Source: a virus
Direction: 5' to 3' (one strand)
Length of the DNA: 64,000 nt
IMG/VR virus record: IMGVR_UViG_3300017818_000007
Location: 1 to 64,000 of that record
Under the pieces are notes generated by a model. That model was not told where the DNA came from and made no database searches. It was given only the letters and a program-made list of their open reading frames with translations. This document shows positions 47,019 to 57,500 of the stretch, piece by piece. A program made the translations under genes and the position numbers. Each line of letters opens with the position of its first letter. The first letter of the stretch is position 1.

Positions 47019-47643
47019 CTTTGTTATGTAGGTCTTCAAGATCACCGTCGTTTTCAATAACATCGTCAACTTTTTCGCCTACCCAAGCATATTCGCTAAT
47101 ATGTACATCTGGGTGATGTTCTCGCATCTTGTCAACCCATACCATATTTTTAGTAGTTTCTGACATCTTGTTTGCTTCGTTTTGCTTTAATGCATCTTCA
47201 AACCATTCAGGATCAGACCCACGTTTAACACGGAATACTTTACCACGCAAACGTTTGATCATTTTAATTTCGTTGGGAAAACGTACATCGCTAATAACAG
47301 CATCTTGCTTCATTTGTAATAGTTTGCTTTCTAAACTAGCAATCCATATGTCGTCATGAAATCCTTTACGTAGAACATCTGTACCCCAGTATTGTAATAC
47401 CCAACGCGGAGTAAGTTTAGGCATATCTAGTTTTTCTGCCCACCATTCATCTACTTCTTCACGCCAAGCACGTGACTCTTCTGTATTACCTTCTAGTGCT
47501 TCGCGATCCCAGCCAAATACTGCTGAAACAGCATCTTTAAGAGTAGTAGCAAAACTAACACGTTTAAACCCCCCGTCGCTGACTAGTGTATCAGCACAGG
47601 TATCTTTTCCAGACCCAATCAGGCCTACGAAACCAATAATCAT
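46981..47643 (-). CDS. Deoxynucleoside monophosphate kinase (T4 gp1-like)
   Basis: G..GSGKDT, SFA..LKD, PR..LQ.WGTD, ISDVRF.NE, H.SE. Confidence 0.9.
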   Translation of the reverse strand: MIIGFVGLIGSGKDTCADTLVSDGGFKRVSFATTLKDAVSAVFGWDREALEGNTEESRAWREEVDEWWAEKLDMPKLTPRWVLQYWGTDVLRKGFHDDIWIASLESKLLQMKQDAVISDVRFPNEIKMIKRLRGKVFRVKRGSDPEWFEDALKQNEANKMSETTKNMVWVDKMREHHPDVHISEYAWVGEKVDDVIENDGDLEDLHNKVRNQVLGLPVSK

Positions 47644-47673
47644 AGTAAGTTTATGTATCCCATGTAAAAGTTT

Positions 47674-47702
47674 ATTATATGCTGTTAGAATGAAAAAGTC
47701 AA
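47674..47702 (-). promoter_or_regulatory. Sigma70-consensus promoter for the dNMP kinase
   Basis: TTGACT-17 nt-TATAAT. Confidence 0.75.
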
Positions 47703-47708
47703 GTACTT

Positions 47709-48470
47709 TTAGCCAATTATGAACGATAATGGTGTAGAACCATCAACATAATTTGCCAAATCTTGCTCTAATTTTTCAATATCACCTTGTGCATCTGCTT
47801 TAAGGGCATCACCATTTAAACTAGTGCCGCCTTGAGGAGTTGCGATTGTTGCAAATTTACCACGTGCTTCACCAATCATATATTTGCAAGTTGCTAGAGT
47901 ATAATCTTTTAACCATTGTCCTGCATAGGGATCACCTAGTAGAACAAAATCTGGTCTTTTATTATACACTGCTAACATCACAGACTCAGCACCCCGTGGT
48001 CTTTGCATAATTGTTAGTTTGTGGTTTACAGGATCAAATTTAAAGTTAATGAATGAGCCAAACATTTTACCTACAAGTTCTTGATAACCAGCAAAAGCAA
48101 AGTATGTTGCTAGTCCTCCCATTTGTGTTGAACTTAATAGATAGGTATTTGTGTATGCAAGGTTAAATGGTTCAAATACAGTACCACCTTGTCCGCCACC
48201 GCTTCTTGATCCAATACTTCTGCGGAATACTTCTTTTACACTTTGAATCTCATCAGGTAAAATATAGTCATTTGTATCTTCCTGAAGTTCTAAAAATGCG
48301 TATGATTCTTCTACAGAATTCTCTGCTCTTTGTCTATATTTGCCTAATGCTTTTTCTAATGCAACTTCATAGTGATCAACGTCAAGTTCAACATCAATCA
48401 TGCCATCACCTAGCATTTTGCCAACATAGTTAAAAAGTTTTGCTTTTGCGGTATCTAATTGTGTGCTCAT
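47709..48470 (-). CDS. Neck protein (T4 gp13-like)
   Basis: LG..MIDVELD..H, WLK.Y.LA..K...GEARGKF..I..P.GG..LNG.AL. Confidence 0.85.
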   Translation of the reverse strand: MSTQLDTAKAKLFNYVGKMLGDGMIDVELDVDHYEVALEKALGKYRQRAENSVEESYAFLELQEDTNDYILPDEIQSVKEVFRRSIGSRSGGGQGGTVFEPFNLAYTNTYLLSSTQMGGLATYFAFAGYQELVGKMFGSFINFKFDPVNHKLTIMQRPRGAESVMLAVYNKRPDFVLLGDPYAGQWLKDYTLATCKYMIGEARGKFATIATPQGGTSLNGDALKADAQGDIEKLEQDLANYVDGSTPLSFIIG

Positions 48471-48512
48471 GTAATTATTTATTCGATCGCACTTCCAATA
48501 AATACATTTGTT

Positions 48513-49628
48513 ATGCCAAGATTGAGTTTATACAAACCAGAGAAATCCGCTGACTATCGCTTTATAGATAAGAACATATATGAAGCATTTCAGATCGGCG
48601 GTACAGACATATTTGTACACAAATACGAAGGCCCTGTTGAGCCAGGCGTAGGTACACCTGCAGAACCAAAAGGTGTTAGTGATATACCTGAAACAAAAAT
48701 ACAAGATTTGCTATTTTTAGAAAATAGAGATAGAAAATATTCCGACGATGTATATACACTTCGTGGAATTTACAATGTGCAAGATTTAGACTTTGATTTA
48801 TCACAGTTTGGTTTATTTTTACAAAACGATACTGTGTTTATTACATTTCACTTAAACAAGAGTGTTGAAGCAATTGGTAGAAAACTAATGAGTGGCGATG
48901 TTTTAGAATTGCCTCACTTAGTAGATGATTACGCATTAAACGATTTTCAAGTATCACTAAAACGCTTTTATGTTATTGAAGATATAAGTCGTCCAAGTGA
49001 AGGATTTTCACAAACTTGGTATCCACATTTATTACGTGCAAAATGTAAACCTATTATGGATAGTCAAGAATTTAAAGATATTTTTGACAAAGAATCAGGT
49101 GAAGAAGGTAAGACATTACGTGATGTGCTTTCAACATACGAAAAAGAAATGCAAATCAACGAACAAGTTATTGCACAAGCAGAAGCAGACGCACCAAAAA
49201 CAGGATACGATACAGAAGAATTTTTTGTTGTTCCAACTGATGATGCAGGTGATGTAAATATTAAAGATGACGGAGTAAACACTCCTACACTACAAACACC
49301 GGGCGGAAATTATTATATTGCATATGGTGGCGGCGATGGTTTACCTGCTAATGGTTCACCATATACATTTGGTACTTCATATCCAAATAGTCCTGCTAAA
49401 GGTGCATACCATTTAAGAACAGATTACTATCCTAATAGACTGTTTAGATATGATGGCAATCATTGGATTAAAGTTGAAGATGGAGCAAGAATGAGCCTTA
49501 CAAATACAGTTCAAAACAGTTATGTCACTGACTTTGTTAATGAAGATGCAACTAGAACTGAAGATGGACAAACAAAAAATGTACGTACTGCATTAAGTGA
49601 AGCACTTAAACCGGAGGCAGATAATTAA
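48513..49628 (+). CDS. Neck / head-closure protein (T4 gp14-like)
   Basis: Divergent from gp13; IQDLLFLENRDRKY, LSQFGLF, GD.LELPH; start ATG 48513. Confidence 0.6.
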   Translation: MPRLSLYKPEKSADYRFIDKNIYEAFQIGGTDIFVHKYEGPVEPGVGTPAEPKGVSDIPETKIQDLLFLENRDRKYSDDVYTLRGIYNVQDLDFDLSQFGLFLQNDTVFITFHLNKSVEAIGRKLMSGDVLELPHLVDDYALNDFQVSLKRFYVIEDISRPSEGFSQTWYPHLLRAKCKPIMDSQEFKDIFDKESGEEGKTLRDVLSTYEKEMQINEQVIAQAEADAPKTGYDTEEFFVVPTDDAGDVNIKDDGVNTPTLQTPGGNYYIAYGGGDGLPANGSPYTFGTSYPNSPAKGAYHLRTDYYPNRLFRYDGNHWIKVEDGARMSLTNTVQNSYVTDFVNEDATRTEDGQTKNVRTALSEALKPEADN

Positions 49629-51049
49629 TGGATCATTTTTATGACGGACAAATAAGAAGATTTGTCACACAGTTTATTCGTGCTTTTTCAAATTTTTCTT
49701 ATAAAGACAATGCTGGTACATTGCGTAAAGTTCCTGCTACATACGGAAACTTAACACGTCAAGTAGCACACATTATTCGTGACAATAGTGAAAACAAAGT
49801 TATTAGTGCACCTCGTATTGCTTGTTATATCACAGGATTAGAGTATGCACGTGAGCGTGTACAAAGTCCGACACACGTTGATAAATTACATTTTAGAAAA
49901 CGTGATTATAACGAAGCAACACAGCAATACGAAGATGTTCAAGGGGTTGGTAATACTGTTGAACGTTTGATGCCTGTACCATTTACACTAAGAATGAAGG
50001 CAGATATTTGGTCAACTAATACAGATCAAAAATTACAAATTATGGAACAAATACTTGTTCTATATAACCCTGCACTAGAAATACAAACAACAAACAACTA
50101 TGTTGATTGGACTTCACTTAGTTTAATTGAACTAGCAAGTGTAAACTATTCAACTAGAAGTATTCCGCAAGGAACTGAAACAGAAATTGATATAGGTGAA
50201 ATGGAATTTACAATGCCTATATGGATTACACCTCCTGCTAAAGTTAAAAAACTTGGAGTCATTGAAAAAATTATTATGAATATTTTTGATGAGTCAGGAA
50301 GTATTAGTGACGGCTTTATTGATGCAACTATTCCAATGGCAACAGTTGTTAAATCTCCAGGCGATTTTAAATTACTTGTATTAAACAATACTGCTAAACT
50401 ACTGCATACCGGAGAAGGTGTTTCAGAATCAAATACAGGTATCTTTACTAGAACAGGCGATCCTATTAGTTGGTTTAAACTATTAGATCAATATCCAGGG
50501 AAATTCACTGCCGGTACTAGTAGTATTAGATTACTAAAGAGCGATGGTAATGAAGTTGTTGCTACAATTAGTTTAAACCCTACAGATGACAACGAAATGG
50601 TTCTTTCAATTGATAGTGATACTGTTCCAGAAAACACAGTATTAGCAGACAGTGTTAATAGTAGAGGAACAATAGATGCTATTATTGATCCTACAAAATA
50701 TGCCCCAGACTACTCTACAATAAGTGCTGGAACAAGATATCTAATACTAAATCCAATTAATCCAAATGTAAAAGGTGATAGTTCTGACGCAAATGCAAAT
50801 GCCTGGCAAAATGCTGATGGTTCTGTATTTAAAGCAGAAGAAAATGACATTATAGTTTGGACTGGAACACAATGGGAAATTGTGTTAGACGCAAGTGGCA
50901 CAAATAGCGGAGCCGATTCTGCTTCCTCACCAGACCCAGTGTATATAACTAATACATATACTGGTATTCAGTACAAGTTAGATAATGGTGCTTGGCTGAA
51001 GAGTTTTGAAGGTGAATATGAGGCAGATGAATGGAGACTAGTTCTGTAA
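49628..51049 (+). CDS. Tail sheath stabiliser / completion protein (T4 gp15-like) with C-terminal extension
   Basis: FYD.QIRRF..QF, MPVP..L, QKLQI.EQI..L.NP, F.MPIWI.PP. Confidence 0.75.
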   Translation: MDHFYDGQIRRFVTQFIRAFSNFSYKDNAGTLRKVPATYGNLTRQVAHIIRDNSENKVISAPRIACYITGLEYARERVQSPTHVDKLHFRKRDYNEATQQYEDVQGVGNTVERLMPVPFTLRMKADIWSTNTDQKLQIMEQILVLYNPALEIQTTNNYVDWTSLSLIELASVNYSTRSIPQGTETEIDIGEMEFTMPIWITPPAKVKKLGVIEKIIMNIFDESGSISDGFIDATIPMATVVKSPGDFKLLVLNNTAKLLHTGEGVSESNTGIFTRTGDPISWFKLLDQYPGKFTAGTSSIRLLKSDGNEVVATISLNPTDDNEMVLSIDSDTVPENTVLADSVNSRGTIDAIIDPTKYAPDYSTISAGTRYLILNPINPNVKGDSSDANANAWQNADGSVFKAEENDIIVWTGTQWEIVLDASGTNSGADSASSPDPVYITNTYTGIQYKLDNGAWLKSFEGEYEADEWRLVL

Positions 51050-51477
51050 AAGATATAATTTGTAGTGGTGCATTGTTTTATGCAAAGGACACCAGTCGCT
51101 TTTTATTCCTACAAAGAACAAAACATAAAACAGCAGGCCAATGGGGTCTTGTTGGTGGCATGAGTGAAGAAGGCGAAACGCCTTGGAAAGCACTTGAAAG
51201 AGAAATCTTAGAGGAAGTTGGCAAAACTCCAAAATTTGAAAAAATTATTCCTTTAGAATTATATACTTCAAAAGACGAAAAGTTCTTTTTTCACACTTAT
51301 ATTGTTGTAGTAGAAAAAGAGTTTATTCCTACATTAAACAACGAGCATTCAGGATATGCATGGACATATGCTAAAGATTATCCAAAACCTTTACACGTTG
51401 GCTTACGTAATACACTTCAAAGCAAAGTAAATCAAACAAAAATTGAAACAATAGTTGAAGTAGTTAAAAGTTTATGA
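51031..51477 (+). CDS. Nudix hydrolase
   Basis: Nudix box GMSEEGETPWKALEREILEEVG. Confidence 0.9.
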   Translation: METSSVKDIICSGALFYAKDTSRFLFLQRTKHKTAGQWGLVGGMSEEGETPWKALEREILEEVGKTPKFEKIIPLELYTSKDEKFFFHTYIVVVEKEFIPTLNNEHSGYAWTYAKDYPKPLHVGLRNTLQSKVNQTKIETIVEVVKSL

Positions 51478-52709
51478 TCAAAGTTATTGGCGACATAATG
51501 TTAGATCGATGGATCTATGGTAATGCTGATCGTGTCAGTCCCGAGGCTCCGGTACCTGTATTAAAAGAAGAAAGTCAAGAATACAGTGTAGGTGGTGCAG
51601 GAAATTTAGCACTTAATCTTGCAAATTTAAATGTAGAACTAGACTTGTACTCAGCACTTTCTCAAGATAAAGAAGGGTTTAAAGTCTTAGAATTATTAAA
51701 AAATTATACAACGTTAAGCAGTAATATTGTTCTTGATTCTAAAACAACTACAACAAAGACTCGTTTAGTTGGCCAAGGTGGACAACATATAATGAGATGG
51801 GATAGAGAAGAACATTACATTGGCGATTTAAAAAATAGAATAGATTACAATGAAGATTTTTATGTTATAAGCGATTATAATAAAGGTGTTATTGACTTAG
51901 AATTAATGAGCAAATTAAAGAATAAAAAAGTTTTTGTTGATCCTAAGCAAATGCCACAAATGTATAAAGATGCATTTTTAGTTAAACCAAATATGTTTGA
52001 GTTTAGATCATGGTTTGGAGATTTTTCAGTTTCAAAAGCAAGACAAAAATTAAATGATTTTTATTGGACTTGGTTAGTAGTGACTGACGGTGCTAACGGT
52101 GTTTACGTTATCAACGAAACAGATGATTGGCATTTTAAAGAAGAAGTAAGAGAAGTGGCTGACGTCACGGGGGCAGGAGATACATTCCTAGCAGTGTTAG
52201 TGTATGCTTATGCTACAAAAAACATGACTATACCTGATGCTTGTAAACTAGCCTGTTATGCTAGTGCTAGGAATGTTGAAAAAAGAGGTGTGCATTTAGT
52301 TTCTTTTGAAGATTTAAATAGAGGAATTGTTTGGACAAACGGTGTATTTGATATACTACACCCTGGACATTTAGAGTTATTAAAATACTCAAAAAGTCTA
52401 GGAAGAAAACTTATTGTTGGTATTAATGATGATGAAAGTGTAAAAAGATTAAAAGGTCCTACAAGACCTATTAATAACTTTTTAATTAGAAAACGACAAT
52501 TAGAAATGCTACCATGGGTCGATGAAGTTGTTGTTTTTACTGAAGATACTCCGCAACAAATATTAGAAGATATTAGGCCTGATATTATTGTTAAAGGTGG
52601 GGACTATACAACAGAAACAACAGTTGGACACGAACTTGCTGAAGTTAAAATTTTTCCAACTATTGAAGGTCACAGTACAACAGATATCATTGGAAGGATT
52701 AAAGAATGA
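51474..52709 (+). CDS. hldE: Bifunctional heptose-7-phosphate kinase / heptose-1-phosphate adenylyltransferase
   Basis: IGD.MLD....G...R.SPEAPVPV, GGAGN.A.N, DVTGAGDTF; then TNG.FDILH.GH, KG..RPI, VKGGDY. Confidence 0.92.
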   Translation: MIKVIGDIMLDRWIYGNADRVSPEAPVPVLKEESQEYSVGGAGNLALNLANLNVELDLYSALSQDKEGFKVLELLKNYTTLSSNIVLDSKTTTTKTRLVGQGGQHIMRWDREEHYIGDLKNRIDYNEDFYVISDYNKGVIDLELMSKLKNKKVFVDPKQMPQMYKDAFLVKPNMFEFRSWFGDFSVSKARQKLNDFYWTWLVVTDGANGVYVINETDDWHFKEEVREVADVTGAGDTFLAVLVYAYATKNMTIPDACKLACYASARNVEKRGVHLVSFEDLNRGIVWTNGVFDILHPGHLELLKYSKSLGRKLIVGINDDESVKRLKGPTRPINNFLIRKRQLEMLPWVDEVVVFTEDTPQQILEDIRPDIIVKGGDYTTETTVGHELAEVKIFPTIEGHSTTDIIGRIKE

Positions 52710-53197
52710 TTGTTGAAGCATATTTGCCTAACTGGAAAGACTACGAAGAGATTTATAATGAGTGGTCAAACAAATCTTCTGACAACTGGAAAACACAGTC
52801 AACAACAGTAGGGTTTGATATTGGCCAACCTGGTATTCCTAATTCTTTTGATGTAAAACTAAAAGAAGATTATAATAAAGCAATACAACAAATTATTCCT
52901 AATTGGTCATTTGGAAAAATATTAAACATTTGGGGTGTTTATTATAGAGATTATGGATATCAAACTGTACATAGGCACAACCAAGACAGTGTAGCAACTA
53001 TTCTTTATTTTGATACACAACCTGAAGAAGATAAGTTGACAACACTTAATGGTTTATTTTATACTATACACGACGATCAACACAAAACAATTAAACCAGA
53101 ACCAGGAAAATTATTATTAATTAATTGGGACGTTTGGCACGGAGTGTATCCTGCTAAAGAACCTAGAAGAAGTTTTATGGTGGATTTTGCTACATGA
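52706..53197 (+). CDS. 2OG-Fe(II) oxygenase-like protein
   Basis: HRH..., ILYF, WHGVYP....RR. Confidence 0.6.
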   Translation: MIVEAYLPNWKDYEEIYNEWSNKSSDNWKTQSTTVGFDIGQPGIPNSFDVKLKEDYNKAIQQIIPNWSFGKILNIWGVYYRDYGYQTVHRHNQDSVATILYFDTQPEEDKLTTLNGLFYTIHDDQHKTIKPEPGKLLLINWDVWHGVYPAKEPRRSFMVDFAT

Positions 53198-54024
53198 ATA
53201 TTTTAATTACAGGAAACGAAGGATTTATAGGACAAAACTTATCAACGTATTTGGTAAGTAAAGGACACACAGTAGAAGGATTCGAATGGAAAGGAGATGG
53301 TATTATACCTGACCCAAGTACATATGATTGGGTTATACACCTTGGCGCAATTAGTTCAACAACTGAAACAGATGTTGAAAAGATCATGAAACAAAATTAC
53401 GAATTTACAATGAATCTTTTACAAATTTGTGATAGAATGGGTGTTAATATACAACTTGCAAGTTCAGCAAGTGTGTATGGTCCTGGTTTAGACGGATTTA
53501 AAGAAGAGTCTAACTGTTTACCAAAAAGTCCATATGCTTGGACAAAGTATCTAATTGATCGTTGGTTAAAAGAAGCAGGAGTAAATGACTTTAATATGCT
53601 TGTACAAAGTTTTAGATACTTTAATGTTTACGGACCGCACGAAGATCATAAAGGCGACCAAGCAAGTCCTGTGCATAAATTTACACAGCAAGCCAAAGAT
53701 AATAAAGTTATTAAATTATTTGAAAACAGTGACAAGTATGTAAGAGATTTTGTTTGTGTTAGCGATGTATGTCGAGTACATGAAGAAATGTTAACACAAG
53801 ACACTAGTGGTATTTTTAATGTAGGCACAGGAACAACTACAAGTTTTAAAGAAGTTGCTGATGTAATTGCAAATAAGTGGGGAGCAAAAGTAGAAACTAT
53901 TCCTATGCCAGAAAATTTAAAAGGACAATATCAAGAATATACTTGTGCAGACTTGACAAATTTAAATAAACATTGTAAAATAAACGATTATATGACAGTA
54001 AAGGAATATATTAATGCCTACTAA
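53194..54024 (+). CDS. hldD: ADP-L-glycero-D-manno-heptose 6-epimerase (extended SDR)
   Basis: ITG..GFIG, HLGA.S.TTE, ASSASVYG, YAWTK, RYFNVYGP.E.HKG.QAS, RDFV.V.D. Confidence 0.88.
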   Translation: MNILITGNEGFIGQNLSTYLVSKGHTVEGFEWKGDGIIPDPSTYDWVIHLGAISSTTETDVEKIMKQNYEFTMNLLQICDRMGVNIQLASSASVYGPGLDGFKEESNCLPKSPYAWTKYLIDRWLKEAGVNDFNMLVQSFRYFNVYGPHEDHKGDQASPVHKFTQQAKDNKVIKLFENSDKYVRDFVCVSDVCRVHEEMLTQDTSGIFNVGTGTTTSFKEVADVIANKWGAKVETIPMPENLKGQYQEYTCADLTNLNKHCKINDYMTVKEYINAY

Positions 54025-54406
54025 TGATGAAAATACACCAGAACGTTTAAACGGTAAAGTTGAAAAAGCGTGGGGGTATGAATTAATTTGGGCAACCAAC
54101 GACAAGTATTGTGGCAAAATACTTTTCTTTGAAAAGAAAGGCTCTAAGTTTTCAATGCACTTTCATAAGGAAAAAGACGAAAGTTGGTTTGTTAATAATG
54201 GAAAATTTCTTTTACGTTATATTGATCCACGCACTGCAACTATGCACACAAAAGAACTTAATCCCGGCGATGTTTGGAGAAACCCGCCATTATTGCCGCA
54301 TCAATTAGAAGCATTAGAGGATAACAGTTCAATTACTGAAGTGAGTACTGCTGATAGTGTTGCTGACAACTATAGAATTTTACCAGGCGATTCGCAAACT
54401 ACTTAG
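54014..54406 (+). CDS. Sugar-isomerase-type cupin
   Basis: VEK.WG.E, SMHFH..K.ESW, PH, EVST.D...D.YR. Confidence 0.75.
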   Translation: MPTNDENTPERLNGKVEKAWGYELIWATNDKYCGKILFFEKKGSKFSMHFHKEKDESWFVNNGKFLLRYIDPRTATMHTKELNPGDVWRNPPLLPHQLEALEDNSSITEVSTADSVADNYRILPGDSQTT

Positions 54407-54524
54407 TTTTCTTTTTAATCCAACGATAGGCCGTATAGCCTAACAATAGTACAATAATAGTACCAATTCCATCTATCCAAGATGTTTCGTTCATTGCTCT
54501 GATTAGATCTGCTGTAATTTCCAT
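54399..54524 (-). CDS. Small single-TM membrane protein (41 aa)
   Basis: Hand-translated MEITADLIRAMNETSWIDGIGTIIVLLLGYTAYRWIKKKTK; start overlaps the upstream stop. Confidence 0.55.
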   Translation of the reverse strand: MEITADLIRAMNETSWIDGIGTIIVLLLGYTAYRWIKKKTK

Positions 54525-57500
54525 TATGCTTGTGCCTCTGACCAACGTAGAATAAGTTCGCCTGATACAGCACTACCTGATGTTTTATACACGTTAATTG
54601 CTAGTACGTCTGGACCGTTCGGGAATGTACCTCTACCACCTAGTGTGGTATTAGTTAATTCTTTAATGAACGACAAGTCTAGTGTTGAACGCTCTCCAGG
54701 TCTAGCAACAAAACCAAATATTGTTTCACCTGGTTGTGCATACGGTGGTGCTGTAAAGTCAAATGTCACTGTTGTAGTACCTTTATTAATAGTACTACTA
54801 TCTGTACTTTGTGAGAATGAAACTGCATAATATTCCACGTTGTTCCATTCTTTTAGTTCAACTGTAGAAACAGATGTGTTAGCAGGAAAACGTGTTTCAC
54901 TTGATGCTACTGATGTACCTTGTGTTGCGCCTGATGCTTCCCAAGTTGCTTTTGTAAAATACATTTCAGATGTTGGTGCATCTTTGAATGTATTTGTAAT
55001 TGTAGTAGTGACTGCTGTATTTTGGCCAACTGTACCGCTTGGTCTTTGACTAATATCCAACCTAACACCATTTACATACTGTCCAGCGACATGGTCATAT
55101 AAAAAGTCACCTGTATTAACTCTTGTAATCGTTGTACCTGCGGCAATATTTGTACCAGTAATTGGTTTACCAATTGAATCATTAATTGTCGCTTGATTTG
55201 CTAGATAGTCAGTTTCTTTAATATACAGTGTTTGTCTTCTATCTGAAACTGATCTCCAATACGATTGGTTAGTATTATATTTTTGCCATACTTGAACGTT
55301 AAATGTAATTGGTGCCTGTGTTGTTGCTGTTGTTGTGACTGTTGAAGCGCCGCCGTTCCAGTTAACAGAACCACCCGGTGCAATCTGTGCGAAACTTGGC
55401 TGTCCACCTTGTGCAACACCTGTTAGACCCTGCCAACCAATGTCATCTGGATTGACTGGATAGTTTTGCGGATTAAGCACACCTGCAACAACAATGTTTC
55501 CTGTTTGTCCACTAGCGTTTGGTTCTGTAGTAATTTCAAGACCTTCTAGTAGCAACTGTGCTCTGTTAATAAGTTCTCTTTCGCCCAAGTCACCTGTTAG
55601 TGCATTAGATACACTAGGTGCTAGTCTAATTAGGAAAGACGTAAATGGTGTTGTACTAAACTGTGTACCTGTGGAAGTATATGAGAATAAGAATCCTCTA
55701 TCTGAATCAAAACCACCGTCTGTAATAAACGAAGAACCCCAGTGTTGAATAATTGGCGTTGTAGTATTACTTGCTAGTACCATTCCTGTCTTAGCACTGT
55801 GCGAATCCGCTGGGCCTGCTGTGTATGTTCTGGTTGCACCTGAAGCAAATTGCTGTAATGGTGCTTCACGTGTACACCCGATTAACGTGTTTCCGTCAAT
55901 ACTTGAATATGTAATTAATTCGTTGTCAATGTATACTGTACCGCCATCTTCAGGAAAATCACTAGCATCTTCTAACTCAATACTTGTGTCACTAAAACTG
56001 ATATTTGATTTTAGTTTACCAATAGCACTTTCGTTAATGACTTCATAACGCACAGGTTGGTTTCCTGTTCTCATATATGCTTCTGTGTTAATATTTGAAT
56101 TACGCATTCTATGAGCCATGATAAAATTACCATCACTGCCTCTAAACATATAATCAATAAATCCAGCACCATACCATGAGTATTGAATTCCAATCATCTG
56201 CATATATGAAATATCTAAATCATAACCCGATTTGCCTGTTCCATCACACTTATCTCTATTCCAATGATCTTGTCTTGCTTTTTTATCAACAACTTTAGCC
56301 ATCTTAGCACCACTAATATTGCTAATACCTCTATAGTCAGGCGATACGTTAATACTTGATTGATTGTTAACTTTTGTCACAACGTGAGTCATACCACGAA
56401 TAACAATTCTATCACCAACACTTAATTGGTCTTGAAATCTAGTATTTGTTCCTGTAATTTCGTTTTGATCTTTATATGCTGTACAAGTACCCGATAACTG
56501 GAAAGTAGCACTTCGTTGTACACAATACAAGTGTTTACCAGTGTATTCAAAGAAGATACCATTTTGATCATCATATGTTCCTGCTCTAACAACAGCACCG
56601 TGCCATAATCTAGTTTGACACTGTGGATTATCTGTAAGTGTTGCAGTAGTATCACCTAAGATATATTTTGCTCTTACAGTAAAACTACGTTCGTCAATAA
56701 CACTATCTACAGCATACTGCCCGTTATATCCTGCTGTTTCAATACCTTTAATTCGAATAGTTGCTCCAACTTGTAGACCGTGATCTACATCATCTGTTGT
56801 GACTGTAATTGTACTATTAACCGCAGTTCCGTCTGCAGATGCATTTAAAATATCATAACTTGGTGCAAACAAAGCACCAGTTGTGTACATAATACCTTTA
56901 CCTGACTGGTATCTAATATATTTTTTACTTTGACGTATTGCCTGTGCGCCATGTACCGGTGAACCTGTTCCTAATTGTACACCACCGTCAAATGGTCTAT
57001 GTACAAAGAATGCATCCGGTCTAGGATAAACTGTTCCTCGAATTGGGTTGTCATTATTTGTTCCAGTATCGATAGCACCAACCGACAGTGCTTGATACGA
57101 AATTTGATCTAAAGCACTTACTGCCGTTGCAATAAATGATCCTGCCGCTAGGTAGTGATTGTTTCCTGTTCCATCAGTTAAATCATCTCCTGATTCAACA
57201 CTAACAATAAATGTTGAACCTGGTAGTAGACCATGAGGACTACCAAACGCAACACTAATTGTTGCTAGAGCATCAAAATCAACATCACTTCCTTGTGCTA
57301 GAGCACCTGTTGTTGATTCAGACATCGAAATTGTACTATAAACACTTATTGTATCACCTGCTTTTGCGGAACCTGTTCCACTTGCTGTTGTAAAACCACC
57401 AGTACCGTCAACTGTATCAGCAGACACTATTAAATCATTTGCAGGAGACTCTCCACCTAAATTATTGCCTGCAATAGTAATTCTATTTCCAATCTTATAA

